From Eledone cirrhosa (lineage: Eukaryota), in assembly GCA_964016885.1 (NCBI GenBank), contig OZ024743.1, positions 220,472,001 through 220,536,000 on the forward strand: a stretch of DNA of 64,000 nt, read 5' to 3'. Every line of letters begins with the position of its first letter. The first letter of the stretch is position 1. The notes beneath the pieces were generated by a model. It was not told the DNA's origin. It searched no databases and saw only the letters and a program-made list of their open reading frames with translations. Made by a program: the position numbers and the translations under genes. This document shows, piece by piece, positions 12,331 through 25,907 of this stretch.

Positions 12331-13263
12331 TACAGATACAAAGCATATACACATGCACACATACAACTCAAAATATCCACATCCACACATACAATAACAT
12401 CCATATCTACACATACATACATACATAATCTACCTAGTTGATGTTGTGTAAATTCCAATGAGAGAGTCTTGTGTCTATGTTAGAAACCGGCTCTCTCTCT
12501 ATTGGGTAAAAATTTGTGAAATTATAAAAACAGAAACTACACGATGGCTGCAACTGGAATTCGAGTTGCAGCCATCGCTTAATACTTAAGTATGAGCATC
12601 ACAGGCGGGGCTTCCTAGTCCGGTTAGGGATCGCTAATAGCCAACAATACCATGCATCGCAAACAAATGTCACATATCAAGCGATGCCTGTGCTTGAAGC
12701 TATTTTAAGTGAGGATACATACATACACATGTACATCTCTTTCTCTCTCTTTACACACTCACACACACACACACACATATACATAAATACATATTTATAT
12801 GTGTATAGTTTCCGTCCGGCAAATTTTACTCAGTTAGTCAACTCGAGTCTATGGTAAAAAACGCCCAACGTCACTCAGTCGGACTAAAAGCGACATCACT
12901 TTGTTTGCGAGGTGAACTTTTAAACGACACACCCATGTCAACATAAAATACTAATTCTGTGCAATATAGTATCTTAATGGCACACTTATAGAAATGTGTG
13001 CACCTTTCTAAATAACAAGTGTGTAGTTTTGCAAGTGTCCGTTTGATGGATCAAATGATATGAAAATAAGTTGGAGAGATATTAAAACATGGATTAGTCA
13101 TATTCTAAAACGTGATTAAAGGGATATAATCGAGTTTCAAGGGAAACAACCCTGTCGTTTTTTTCACACGCAAAACTATGCATTTCTGACGTTTTATCTC
13201 AATAAACTGTCACATTTTCATTAACTTTCTATTTTTTATCTCTATCTTTCAACCTCCTTCTCT

Positions 13264-13334
<71 letters not shown>

Positions 13335-13342
13335 AAGAAACA

Positions 13343-13398
<56 letters not shown>

Positions 13399-14068
13399 AG
13401 GGATCCTTCCAAGAGGACGTGTCCAAGATGTGCGCAGGACATTGAAACAGTTCTGCACGCAATTGTACACTGCCCGGGCGTAAGCGACCTGTGGAACTAT
13501 GCAGAACAACTGCTGTCGCGTATGGGACAAATACAGTTGACTGCCGAGTCCATAGTAAGGATCAAACCGCCAGACTCTTTCAAAAACGAAAGAGAGGCGG
13601 TTTTCCTCTGTACGGTGGCTATGGTGAAAGAAGTTATATGGTGGACGAGGTTGAGAGGACTGAGGACAGATGCCTTTCTCTCCGGACAACAATTGATTCC
13701 ATTCTTTAAGTATCACTTTAGAAGGAGAATCAGGGTGGAGAGAGAGGCACTGCACCCCAGTAAATTTACTGAAAGGTGGGTGAATGAAGCGAAAATGGCC
13801 CGAGTGATTGGGCCTTCTCTGTTTATAAGCCTGTAGGTTGAGGAAGAGAGCAAAAGGAAGAAAGGAGCACTTGCACAACACGCTCCTTGAGTTGAGGGTT
13901 GTTCTATCGACGGGGTATTAAACAACCCATTTGTGGCGCCTCCCCCCTATTGGGATTTCGATTGTTGAAATTGTTTGTTTTTATATTTTTTACACGACTG
14001 TATGTAAAATCCCCGGCATGTCTTTGTATTGTCCCCTTTCTTGTTGCGCCCTTGTGGCTAATAAAGAA
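13399..14068 (+). pseudogene. 5'-truncated L1-Tx1 LINE (ORF2 C-terminus and 3' UTR) inside a (TATC)n array
   Basis: LTAESIVRIKPP...EVIWWTRLRG...YHFRRRIRVER is homologous to ORF 59640-61067. Ends GGCTAATAAAGAAA, with (TATC)n on both sides. Confidence 0.9.
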
Positions 14069-14105
<37 letters not shown>

Positions 14106-14255
14106 CCAATTTCTCCCTCGGTATATGTACACACACACACACACACACAAACACACAAACACAACATAGTGTGAGTGTCTGTGTATGTTTATTAACCATA
14201 ATGTATATGATGTCCACACAAGTACGCACATACACGCACACACTCAGTTACACCA

Positions 14256-14308
<53 letters not shown>

Positions 14309-14649
14309 GCACACACACACATTTTGAATATATCCTGCTTTCGCTTTCTCTCGATACACACACACACTTACATATATAAGAATAAGGCCGCCCCTAGAAA
14401 AGCCTAGACTTCGCGCGTTTAAGAAAGTACCAGATTAGTGATTGGCGCGAATAAGACCATCAACACTGCAATATGGTGAGGGGTAAGAAAAAGAACCATG
14501 CCTCATTGTCCATCTGGCGGGTCAGCAAGAGACGTATTCAGACCTTAAGTGGGTAGGGGGGGGGGGGTCGAAAAATATATTGCTGTCGCTATTTCAGGTA
14601 AATCTGGTGATGGGCCTCCCACCTGTTCTGGGAGGCGTGGTAAACTTGT

Positions 14650-15228
14650 CAATTGAAATCTGGAACATTACAAAATATAGTCTGGCTTTCTTCAACAAAA
14701 TTCCGTGGCTCTGGTACTGTAGATTTGGATGGAGGATGGAAACTAATCAAGTGTGGCGCCAAGAATAACTACACAGGTGAGAGTGGGGATACTCACAAGC
14801 CGCCGGCAGTCAGAATGTGTTATGGACTGGATCTCATTAGGAGGGAGGATTTACCTCTTGAAGCTTATGCACCAAACAAGGAGTCTGAAATAGATACTTT
14901 CTTGATGAAGTCACTGCAGCGTTAGATGTAGTTTAGACTGAGTCATATATCCCCATGGGAGACTTAAATCCACATGTTAACACTGACCACTGGACATGGA
15001 AAAGAGTGATTGGAGGGAACGGCGATCCCGATCTGAATATGAATGATGAAGCTTTATTAGACTTCTGTTGTAGCAATGAACTCTCTATTATGAACATCGT
15101 CTTCCAGCACAGAGTCATCCATAAATATACATGCGATAAGGAGAATCAGGGATAAAGATCAATAATTGATTTCGTTATTGTCACTGATCTCTTCGATTCT
15201 GTGCTGGATGTTCGAGTTAACAGAGGGT
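14650..15228 (+). pseudogene. RTE-type LINE apurinic endonuclease fragment
   Basis: AYAP...MGDLNPHV...LLDFCCSNELSIMN..FQHR..HKYT...SIIDFVIV..DVRV are APE motifs, with stops and frameshifts. Confidence 0.8.
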
Positions 15229-15340
15229 ATGTATATTCTTATATATGTGGAATCATCCTTCTTTTATATTTGTATTGTTGAAAGTATGTCTACTTTCCAT
15301 TGTTTCTATTTTCAAATAAAGCCTCTACAGCATATATATA

Positions 15341-16853
15341 GGTAGAAGTGGTATTTAATTTGTTGGAAGTCCGACAAACATAAATGTTTATAACTGATTT
15401 AGAGCACTCAACAGTTTACTGGAGTAAATATTCAATGATATTAAATAAATGGAAACTATATTTATAAAACCATATTTATTTTATTATATATATTTCAAGG
15501 GTAACCAAGATAACATTGGTACGCTTTCATCAGATAAAATATAAAGTTTGTTTAACATACCCATGAAAATCATACCTTATTGGTTGGAAATTCACTGGAT
15601 AGTGAAAATATATTAGGGATTATTCAAACTTATGTGTGGATATGCAAATGATATGTAAATAATTGAAAAACAACCGTTTATTTAAATGACACTGGAGAAA
15701 GAGAGAAAGAAAAAATAAGTGGATAAAGATAAAAAATATTACGAGAGAGATAGAGAGAAGAAATTAACAAGAGGATGAATAAAACTCATATAACGTTAAT
15801 TTGGAGGAATATATTCTCAGTATATATCTAATATTATGTGTATTTACGATTAATTAGTTGTTAAAATTCTTTTCAAATATAATATTTTCTGTTATAAGTA
15901 TATAGAAAAATAAATAGAAAAAATAGTATGCGGGTGCTTTCGAAATTATTTCCCAAGTTAAAGAATAGTCCATATTTTTGCATTTTATGATATGGAACTT
16001 AAAATGCAAAAAAATATGGACTATTCTTTAACTTGGGAAATAATTTCGGAAGCACCGCATACTGAAAACACAGCTTTATCTAGATTTTGCAAATTGTATA
16101 TTGATGAAATTTATTTCATACTTAAATGTAAGAACTGTATTAATATAAGGACGAATTTATTTAGTTCTTGTAGACATCGCCTGTATTCAACATTTAGAAC
16201 TATATATAAATTATAATTACACTTATATTATTTCTACTTATTTCCATAACAATCTTATCCACTTGGTTTTAATATATTGATATCTCTAAATCATATCTAT
16301 AACATTTGCTATAATTTCACTTCTTAAAGCTTCATAAAATATATACATATATAATTCTAATTTTTTTTTAAATTTTAATTTTTAATTTTAATTTTAATTT
16401 TAATTGTAATTTTAATCTTAATAATTTTTAATTTTTTATTTTTTATTTCTTTAATTTTTTATCTACTTTTAAAAATTACTTATTTTTTAAAAATTACTTA
16501 TCTCTTATAAATTAATTTAAAAAAAAAAAAAATTCTTTCAATATCTTTTATTTGATTTATAATTCACTAACTAATTCTGGCTAAATATATCTTTTAACAT
16601 TTATACTTATTTTGCTAAAATAGTCTCATAATAACGAATAAATAAACAAAACTGGAGTTTTTTTCTGTATATTCCCATTTTAAAATATATAAATATAAAT
16701 ATTCTTATTAACTCAGTTAACTTAAGTTAATTTAACTTAATATTTACTTACATTAAATAGAAAACCAATATCCCTCATAACTCATTAAAACAATTATCTA
16801 TAACACGATATACTCATCTATTCATTTATTTATCTATTTATCTATTTACCTAT

Positions 16854-16884
<31 letters not shown>

Positions 16885-17386
16885 TTTTTCTATCTATTTT
16901 TCTATTTTCTATTTATTTTTCTATATACTTATAACAGAAAATATTATATTTGAAAATAATTTTAAACAACTAATTAATCGTAAATACACATAATATTAGA
17001 TATATACTTAGAATATATTCCCCAAAATTAACGTTATATGAGTTTTATTCATCCTCTTGTTCATTTCTTCTCTCTATCTCTCTCGTGATATTTTTATTTT
17101 TTCTATCTCCTCTTTCTCCAGTGTCATTTAAATAAACGGTTGTTTTTCAATTATTTACATATTCATTTGCATATCCACACATAAGTTTGAATAATCCCTA
17201 ATATATTTCCACTATCCAGTGAATTTCCAACCGATAAGGTATGATTTTCATGGGTATGTCTCTATTTATAAAACAAACTTGATATTTTATCTGATGAAAG
17301 CGTACCAATGTTATCTTGGTAACCCTTGAAATATATATAATAAAATAAATATGGTTTTATAAATATAGTTTCCACTTATTTAATAT

Positions 17387-17391
<5 letters not shown>
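15341..17391 (+). mobile_element. 5'-truncated Penelope-like element with inverted upstream pseudo-LTR
   Basis: 15992-16216 encodes a GIY-YIG C-terminus (WEII...CKLY..E...N.R..L.SSCRH). An AT-rich 3' region ends in an HHR at 17284. 15341-15925 is an inverted copy of the 3' end. Confidence 0.85.
17284..17345 (+). ncRNA. Type I hammerhead ribozyme (PLE pLTR)
   Basis: ATTTTAT-CTGATGA-AAG...CTT-GAAA-TATATA-TA-ATAAAAT: 7-bp stem I, palindromic stem III, AUA triplet. Copies at about 15479-15540 (-) and 49932-49995 (+). Confidence 0.8.
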
Positions 17392-17417
<26 letters not shown>

Positions 17418-17709
17418 CGCCACCGACCAATGCGAGAAACTTCTCCAGGAAAGTTAACCAGGAATCTTCAAAAATCTCCCAACTAAACTTAACAAAGAAC
17501 TTACTAGATCTACAAAAGCAAATATTAATATCATAATATTATAAAATTAAATTAAATTGTTTAGAAGTGAAGTCATTCTTTTCTTTTTTTAAATATACCT
17601 AACTGTACCAAGGACTTCACAGTTTCCTATACACCACACACACACGCACACACACACACACACGCGCAAACACGCACACACGCACACACGCACACACACG
17701 CACGCGCAT

Positions 17710-17797
<88 letters not shown>

Positions 17798-17836
17798 CCA
17801 GGTAGTGTAACGCGGAATTACTGTAGGTTATATATA

Positions 17837-20471
17837 CAGGTACTCCTCGTTTAACGAACGGGTTACGTTCCAATGACCCGTTCGTTAAGCGAAATGATCG
17901 TTAAACGAGTGGCTTTCTGCCGACATTGGGCATATAGATCGGTACAGTACAGTATATATTCTTGATATTGTTTATTTATTTCGATTAACAGTTTTTAACT
18001 TAAAATCATATACACAGAACTATAGCTTTTCTTTATAAAGTATATTACTGTACAGTAGTCTTGTTTTTTGTTTTAGTTGTGGATTTCAAGGTTTTCAAAC
18101 TTAAGCTAGGCTATATTATGGGCACTGAATAACCTTTCGCTCGGCCAACTTTTGTCATATACGTTCAGAATAATTCTGCATATATTGTTTCTTTATTTTG
18201 ACTAATACCTATTAACTTTAAATCGTATGTTATACATAGCACTATAGCTTTTCTTTATAAAGAATATCAAAGCCTTACTTTTTGTTTTAGCTGTGGATTT
18301 CAAGGTTTTCAAACCTAGGCTAGGCTACCTTATTGGCACCGAATAGCTTCTCTCTTTAACACTCGGCAATAAATTGTTCATGTTATCTTTTTATTTTCTC
18401 TCTTGTATGATAAGCTATTTGCACAATATACATCATATTACAGTACTACAGATATTTGGTATGTATGTATGTATGTGGGGCTGGAGTCAGAGTTTTTACC
18501 AGAAAGCTCAGCATAGATGACTGTTTTGTTTGCTTTTTTTTCTCATCATAAATTTCACGATAGCAACCTAGTCCATCTTCCAAATGTCTTTGAAATTTTG
18601 CCAAGCGTTCAATGTTAGGATCCATTGCCTCCAATCCTGACATCGCCTTACTCATATGTGTGAATACTTCCGCCAAGCCCTTAACGGTGAACTTTTTCTG
18701 TTCCTTATTTGGTTGTTCTGCTGCTTCTTCCAACTCTTCTCTATGTCGCTGCTCTTCCAACTCTATTAAATATTCGTCAGTCAACTCTCCTTCAACAAAG
18801 TTCACTAAATTTTCCACATCTTGGGCATTCACCTCCAACCGCAACTTTTGAGCAAGACCAACAATTTTATTACTTATCACTTAAAAATCTGAATTTTTAT
18901 CAAAACCTTCAAAATTATTAACAAACCTTTTCAAGCACTTTTTCCATACACCTTTCATACATTTTCCACTCACGTCGCGCCAAGCTCCGTCTATGTTCTT
19001 GATGCAGTTGACAATATTAAAATCTTTCCAAAATTCATGAAGATCCATTACGTCATCGTCCGTTGCTGTTACTGCCTGTGCAAAAGTAGTTCGTAAATAA
19101 TACGCCTTGAAAGTAGATATCACCTCTGGTCCATTGGTTGAAGAATTGACGTCGTATTTTTGGGCAGATACACTACTTTAACATTAGGATGCAGGTCATC
19201 AATATGTTGGGGGTGGCCTGGGGCATTATCGAGGAGAAGTAGAATCTTGAAGGGAATGTTGTTTTCAAGGCTGCAGGTATAAAGCAGTTGATGAACCAGT
19301 CCTCGAACAAAGATTGCGTCATCCATGCCTTGTTGTTTGCCCGATAAAACACTGGCAGCGTGTGTTTGTTCACGTTCTTTAATGCACGTGGGGTTGGGGA
19401 GCAATAAATGAAAAATGGTTTCAACTTATGCCCCGCAACATTTCCGCCTAAAAGCAACGTCACTCGATCCTTGAATGCCTTGAAGCCGGGCATACTTTTA
19501 GCCTCTTTGTGAAGATATGTTCTTTCAGGCATTTTTTTCCAAAAGAGGCCAGTTTCGTCGACACTGAAAATTTGTTCCGGGCGATAGTCTCCTTCCTCGA
19601 AAATATTGTCTAAAACATCGAGGAATGTTTTTGCTGCTTCCGCATCAGCACTTGTTTCTTCACCAGTAATACGACGGTTGTGCAAATTAAATCGACGACG
19701 AAATCTCTGGAACCAACCGTGGCTTGCCGTAAACGTTTCAGTACACTCGTCTCCCTCACGTGACTTGAGTTTCGCGCCTTGCTTTGAATAATATGAAGAC
19801 TCATTGGCATTCGTTTGGCTATTTGGTCATCAAACCACATGGCCAACACTTCCTCCATTTAATGTATCAGGCCTTTTCGCTGTCTTGTTATCAAAGCATT
19901 GTATCCCGTTGTGTTCTTGACCGTCTCCTTCACTAGTTCTTTGTCTTTGAGGATGGTAGATATAGTAGAACTTGCCAAGTTCATTCCAGCAGCAATTGCC
20001 TTCACTTTACCTCCTTCTTCATATTGTTTGATGATCTTCAGCTTTGTTTCTATATCAATGGATTTCCTTGACTTCTTGGGATAAGGTCCTGGTGTAGTAC
20101 TGGATCTTTTTGCTGACATCTTGAGGGATATAACGGTATCGAAACGAAACAATACTTGGTAACTTCTTGTGTTCAGTGGATACACACGAATGACGCTGCG
20201 AAAGGTGATGAGCTGGAGGCTGCTCAGCACTGCCGGTTGCCTCAGCCCAACTTATCGTACACAACTGCGTTCACTTTCACTCACAACTGTGGTGTCACTG
20301 TTCTCTGCGGATCGTAACTGCGAGATATTGTCGTTCAGCGAATATATTATTGACGAGTCAACGAATCGTAATTTCGAGAGATTTTTGTTAAACTAATATA
20401 TGTAATTCGTGAAGTTGTTCGTAACTCCGAGAAATTGTTAAACGAGTAGAACGTTAAATGAGGAGTACCTG
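17837..20471 (-). mobile_element. Full-length Tigger/pogo DNA transposon
   Basis: 20-bp TIRs CAGGTACTCCTC(G/A)TTTAACG with a TA target duplication, enclosing a transposase pseudogene. Confidence 0.95.
18446..20119 (-). pseudogene. Tigger-like (CENP-B/TIGD1-type) DDE transposase, disrupted
   Basis: HTH region (RKSIDIETKLKII...STISTILK) and motifs IFSVDETGLFWKKMP, LLLLDNAPGHP, NTTSILQPMDQ, split over several ORFs by stops and frameshifts. Confidence 0.93.
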
Positions 20472-21074
20472 TATATATGTATATATACACGCACAAGCTA
20501 ACATTTTATCTTCAATTCTCAAAGAATCTTCACAAAATTTTCTCGACTGCCGTTGTGGTAAAAAGAAGCGAATTTAAGAAAGTAGATCGAGGAAGACGGA
20601 TATCTATAAAGGGGCTAAAACGGAATAGTTGAAGATAAGAAGTGAAAATGTTCTGAATTCTTCTGCATAGAACACACTCTTGAGTATTTTAAATAAGAAC
20701 ATTTGTCATCTTTCTCATACAATTTCTCTTTAATAGGTTTCTAAATGAGCCGCATGTGTTTGTGTGCAAATAAATTTAAATATATGAGTTTAAGTGTTCC
20801 TCTAAAACACTTCGTTGAAATTCATCCATACATAGATGTATGTAGATCTTTCCCCCCTCCCCCCTCTCTCTCTTTCTCTCTCGACTTGTAGAAGTCATTT
20901 CTATGAATGATAAAGTTACCTATACTCTAACAATGTACTGAGTTTAAACTATAGTTACCCACCGACACAATGATGTCCCTCTACCTGCCACATCTCTCGT
21001 CATTCCTCACCTCATTCCTGCGTCTCAGCCTCCTGGAACCCCTTGTGCTGCTGAACACAGTCGTCTGTAAGTAG

Positions 21075-21364
21075 TTTTGACAATTTCATAGTATTTTGGC
21101 CGAGCTTGACCCAAAACCTTATTGCATATCGAGCCTCCAAGTTGTCCTTACGTCCCGACAGCTTTGTGAAACCAGTCAGCTTTTATAGGACACGTATGAC
21201 GGGTAGTGTTTAAAGTGCTGTAGCCACCCGAATTTTCAATCTAGAAAAAATATTTGGCATGTTATCTTATTATAGCCATATCAAAGATGTATTAGAATGA
21301 CAGTTACGTAGGTAAATTAAAGTTGCCTGAAAAGACGTCTCAGAACTTCTCGAACGTACCTCGT
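21075..21364. mobile_element. Mariner-type transposon end fragment; second copy at 23735-24002
   Basis: Two diverged copies in the window, both ending ...GA(A/G)CGTACCTCGT(A/G) like a TACGAGG-type mariner TIR. Confidence 0.6.
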
Positions 21365-21383
21365 GTGTATATATATAAATAAA

Positions 21384-21417
<34 letters not shown>

Positions 21418-21505
21418 AACATGAAAATACCTATTATTTTTATCTAAAGACATTTTTCAAATTCCATCCCGCCCGTCCCCTTAATCTATTTTATTTCTCA
21501 TTCTT

Positions 21506-21541
21506 TCTTCTGATGAAGGACTAGCGTCCGAAACGTTAAGA
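21506..21541 (+). ncRNA. Minimal type I hammerhead ribozyme (PLE-type)
   Basis: TCTT-CTGATGA-A-GGAC-TAGC-GTCC-GAAACGTT-AAGA. Loopless palindromic stem III (AACGTT), typical of dimer-forming PLE HHRs. Confidence 0.85.
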
Positions 21542-21637
21542 CCCTCTTCCTGCTATATCAAGCGTTAACCTAATATATACCTTCCATATGCTGTACCGAT
21601 TGTGTTGTTGTTTCTGTTTACCTTTTACATACACGCA

Positions 21638-21822
<185 letters not shown>

Positions 21823-21841
21823 ACATATATATATATATAAG

Positions 21842-22130
21842 TAGTTCCACAACAATTAGTTCACCATACCGAGAACAAATGATGCGGATCTTCAGCTCGA
21901 CCGGGGGATTACTTCACCCAGAAGTGAACGTTTCTGCGCATGCGTATTCATACGGTTGTTTTTCCTTTTCCGTACAACTTCACCCAGACCGAGCTGAAAA
22001 TCCGCATACGGTGAAACATTTGTTATAGGTATGGTGAACTAACTGTTGTGGAACTACCTCTACAAATCTCGTCCCATGGACTGAGTGCTCTACTACTACG
22101 AATATATCCCACCAGTGTTCTACTATTATA
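21842..22130 (+). mobile_element. PLE pLTR with inverted partial copy and decayed HHR
   Basis: 21842-21903 is inverted relative to 21989-22046. The two copies together reconstruct CCGAG-CTGAAGA-TCCG-CATA-CGGT-GAAAC-ATTT-GTT-CTCGG. The same 3' end recurs at 46861-46930. Confidence 0.7.
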
Positions 22131-22161
22131 TATACATACATAAATATATATATATATATAT

Positions 22162-22273
22162 ATAACAAAGGAATTGTTGTAAGGAACCAAATGGACCATA
22201 ACGCACCAGAGTACTCAATACTTAGGGTAGTAGAGTGGGAAATAGGAAAAAGAATGACCCCGGGGTCATACTT

Positions 22274-22280
<7 letters not shown>
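22162..22280 (-). repeat. Short (TA)n-bounded repeat with terminal fold-back; second copy at 38363-38553
   Basis: AACAAAGGAA...CACCAGAGTACTCAATACTTAG...GGGAAATAGGAAAAAG is shared. The 38446-38553 part is a near-perfect 54-bp-arm hairpin. Confidence 0.65.
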
Positions 22281-22309
<29 letters not shown>

Positions 22310-22436
22310 CGTTTCTGAATTTGTTTAGCAAGATTCTTTATCTGAAAACATGCTTCTCCTTTGTTCTGTCCTACGCTATCTTGTTTTTTCAAGGACAGAA
22401 CAAAGGAGAGGCACAAAACAAAGAAAAGAATCCCCA

Positions 22437-22479
22437 GTCACTGAAGAGGTCACATAATGTGTGACGAAAGAACTTTGAC
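22437..22479 (+). ncRNA. Minimal type I hammerhead ribozyme
   Basis: GTCA-CTGAAGA-G-GTCAC-ATAATGT-GTGAC-GAAAG-AA-CTT-TGAC. Stem I GTCA/TGAC, 5-bp stem II, CUU triplet. Lies in a (TA)n-bounded segment 22290-22630. Confidence 0.75.
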
Positions 22480-22657
22480 AATATATGAACAACCGTCCGG
22501 TTGTGGAACCAACCAACCAACCGGAAATTTATAAATTCATAAATTTATAAATTTAATTTATAATAAATTTGACTGAAAACAACTGGTGCGTGTGTTTCTT
22601 ATTGGCAACATGACCCTCCCAGAGTATAACAATATATATATATATATATACGTATAA

Positions 22658-22981
<324 letters not shown>

Positions 22982-23111
22982 GTAATATAATTTATGGAGA
23001 AAAACTCTGCATTTCAATATTACTCAATGTAAAATGTAATGTATGAAAAATTGGAAAACATTATTTTTTGTAATATATCAAATCAAAATTACATTATTAA
23101 ATCTTATAATA

Positions 23112-23300
23112 GGGCGGTGGATTGGCAGTATCGGTAGAGAGTCGGACACCATGCTTTGAAGCATAGAGTTACGTCCCTTTATGATCTGAGTTCAAATCCC
23201 GCCGAGGTTAACTTTGCCTTTCATCCTTACGGGGTCAATAAAATAAAGTACCAGTAATGTACTGTGTAATTGCTGGCCTTGTGCCTAAAATAGAAACAAT
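23112..23300 (+). mobile_element. tRNA-derived SINE with 16-bp TSD
   Basis: Family match; ATTATTAAATCTTATA on both sides. Confidence 0.85.
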
Positions 23301-23999
23301 TATTAAATCTTATACTTATTTTGTTTCTTGTATATAATTTTTTTCCAAATATCAAAGACGTACAATAGCATGCTATATAATAGCATGCTATATAAATTGA
23401 TAGATATAGGTAGATCGTAGAAGGGGTAGGCAGGAATACTGACAGCTAGTTAGATAGATCAATGCACTGTTACCAAATATGGAACTAATTATTCCCACGG
23501 AAAATATATACAACCGTTCTGGAATTTGTATGAATTACAATAATGAAAAATTTGAAAGGTGTCAGATGAAAGATTAAATTTTATTTGTCACGTAATACTG
23601 ATGGTGATTGTTTCATCTGGTGAGCATACAGTTGTTCGATTATCTGAAATTGTATCTGGTTAATTAACTCGTAAGTACTCCTCAGACATGTGTATACTTA
23701 TTTAGTCCGCAACCAGTTTTAACCATTTCATAGATTTCTGCAGGGTTTTTGCCGAGTTTGACACAAAACTTTATTGCATGTTGAGCCTCCAGCTTTGTGG
23801 AACCAGTCAGGTATGACAAGACGTGTATGACGGGTAGTGTTTAAAGTAATGTAGCGGCCCGAACCTTCAACCCGGAAGAAATAGATTTGGCATGTTAGCT
23901 TATTATAATCATATCAAAGATGTATTAGAATGACAGTTACATAGAACAATTAAAAAGTGCCTGAAAAGAAAAAGTCTCAGAACTGCTTGAGCGTACCTC

Positions 24000-24054
<55 letters not shown>

Positions 24055-24056
<2 letters not shown>

Positions 24057-24258
24057 GGGTGGCCCAAAAGTCACACAGCGGTCGCAAATGTTTATACAAT
24101 TTTCATTTTATAATATTTAGTAATGTAGAGATGTGACAAGGATTGGCGAGTGCAAAATAATTTCCATTATGTCCTTTAAGTTGTATCAAAATGTCATACA
24201 CCAATCTGTACAATTCAGGAAGTTAATAGAAACTGAAACCCTGTATGACTTTTGGGCC

Positions 24259-24264
<6 letters not shown>
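24055..24264. mobile_element. Tc1/mariner-type MITE
   Basis: TIRs AGGGTGGCCCAAAAGTCA / TGACTTTTGGGCCACCCT within (TA)n. Confidence 0.8.
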
Positions 24265-24354
<90 letters not shown>

Positions 24355-24369
24355 TGTGTGTGTGATGTG

Positions 24370-24402
<33 letters not shown>

Positions 24403-24493
24403 CACGCAAACACACATATATACATATATATCACAGAAACGAAGAATCAGTGGTGCGACGAATAACATTTTTGGAAACTGCTTCGAAGAATCA

Positions 24494-24574
24494 AGACGTA
24501 TCTGAGGATCTTGCGATTTCAGAGTCAGGTTCGTGCCTGGAGCTGGTCACCAGAGAAACGATTGTAATATGTCT
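24494..24574 (+). ncRNA. Type I hammerhead ribozyme with extended stem II
   Basis: AGACGTAT-CTGAGGA-TCT...AGA-GAAAC-GATT-GTA-ATATGTCT. 8-bp stem I with one G-U pair, GUA triplet. An inverted piece at 24428-24465 mirrors 24583-24623. Confidence 0.75.
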
Positions 24575-24999
24575 AATAAATTTTATTCGTCGCACCACTG
24601 ATTCTCCGTTTATTATGTGATATTATACTCTCCTCTGTAAGAGCATCGAGTGCTCAAACGGCCTACCGCATACGGACGCTTTAATCGTCCCACACCAATT
24701 ATCTCTCAGTCTTCTTCGATCCTTTGAAGTGAAATGTACGAACTTTCCTGGATATCCGCAAATAAGCACAGGAGTTCTGGCTTTCACTTAATAATTCTTG
24801 CGAAACACATTTTGGGTCTGTCCGGGTATCAAAGGCTATTGTCCGATACAGGTTTGTTATTTTTATTGATTTATTACTTTAAATCGAGTCAGGGAAACCA
24901 TATTGTTTTAAATTAGTATTTCTTCAACCTAGCTAACTTGGTCATTTGCAATTGGAACACATGTATACTTATATCTGTGTTCACCTCTCTCATATATCC

Positions 25000-25059
<60 letters not shown>

Positions 25060-25064
<5 letters not shown>

Positions 25065-25895
25065 TATGTATACGTTCATACTTATATGTATACAGACGTA
25101 CAGTAGTATGTATACATACATGCACACATATATATATGTACGTATGGGTTTACCGAACATTTATTATAATGCTCGGTTTGTTCGTAAATAATAAGCTTGA
25201 AACTAGTACATCGTTCCTTTGTCAGTGTTCAACAAAAGGGCAACGATGGTTGCTAAACACTGTACGGCTTAATACGGGATGTTTGTTTACAAACAAACCG
25301 AGCATTATAATAAATGTTCGGTAAATCCATACGTACATATATATATGTGTGCATGTATGTATGTATACATACTACTGTACGTCTGTATACATATATGTAT
25401 GTACGTATACATATTTATATTTAAGTAACAGCCATACTAAGAGGGTGAAATGAAATTTCGTCTCATTTTTTCCATTTATCGTTTTCGGTGCGCCCGGCCG
25501 ATTAACTCACTCGATATGCAAATTAGGCTGCTCAGCCATTAATATGGATAAGGAAAGTATATACTTTCAGACGTTCAATCATCTGGCAGGAACGTATACG
25601 GTGCTGACGATAGCTAATAAGCTTGAAACTAGTACATCGTTCCTTTGTTCAACAAAAGGGCAACGATGGTTGCTAAACACTGTACGGCTTAATTCGGGAT
25701 GTTTGTTTACAAACAAACCGAGCATTATAATAAATTTTCGGTAAATCCATACGTACATATATATATGTGTGCATGTATGTATATATATACATACTACTGC
25801 ACGTCTGTATACATATATGTATGTACGTATACATACTTATATTTAAGTAACAGCCGTACTAAGAGTGAGAAATGAAATTTCGTTTCATTTTTTCC
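25060..25895 (+). mobile_element. PLE-type insertion: inverted piece plus 1.7 tandem units (~425 bp)
   Basis: Direct repeats 25190-25475 and 25616-25895, inverted 25060-25187, (TA)n flanks, HHR at 25598. Confidence 0.8.
25598..25640 (+). ncRNA. Minimal type I hammerhead ribozyme
   Basis: ACGGTG-CTGACGA-T-AGC-TAATAA-GCT-T-GAAACTAGTA-CATCGT. Palindromic stem III ACTAGT, GUA triplet. Confidence 0.85.
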
Positions 25896-25907
25896 ATATA
25901 TATATAT

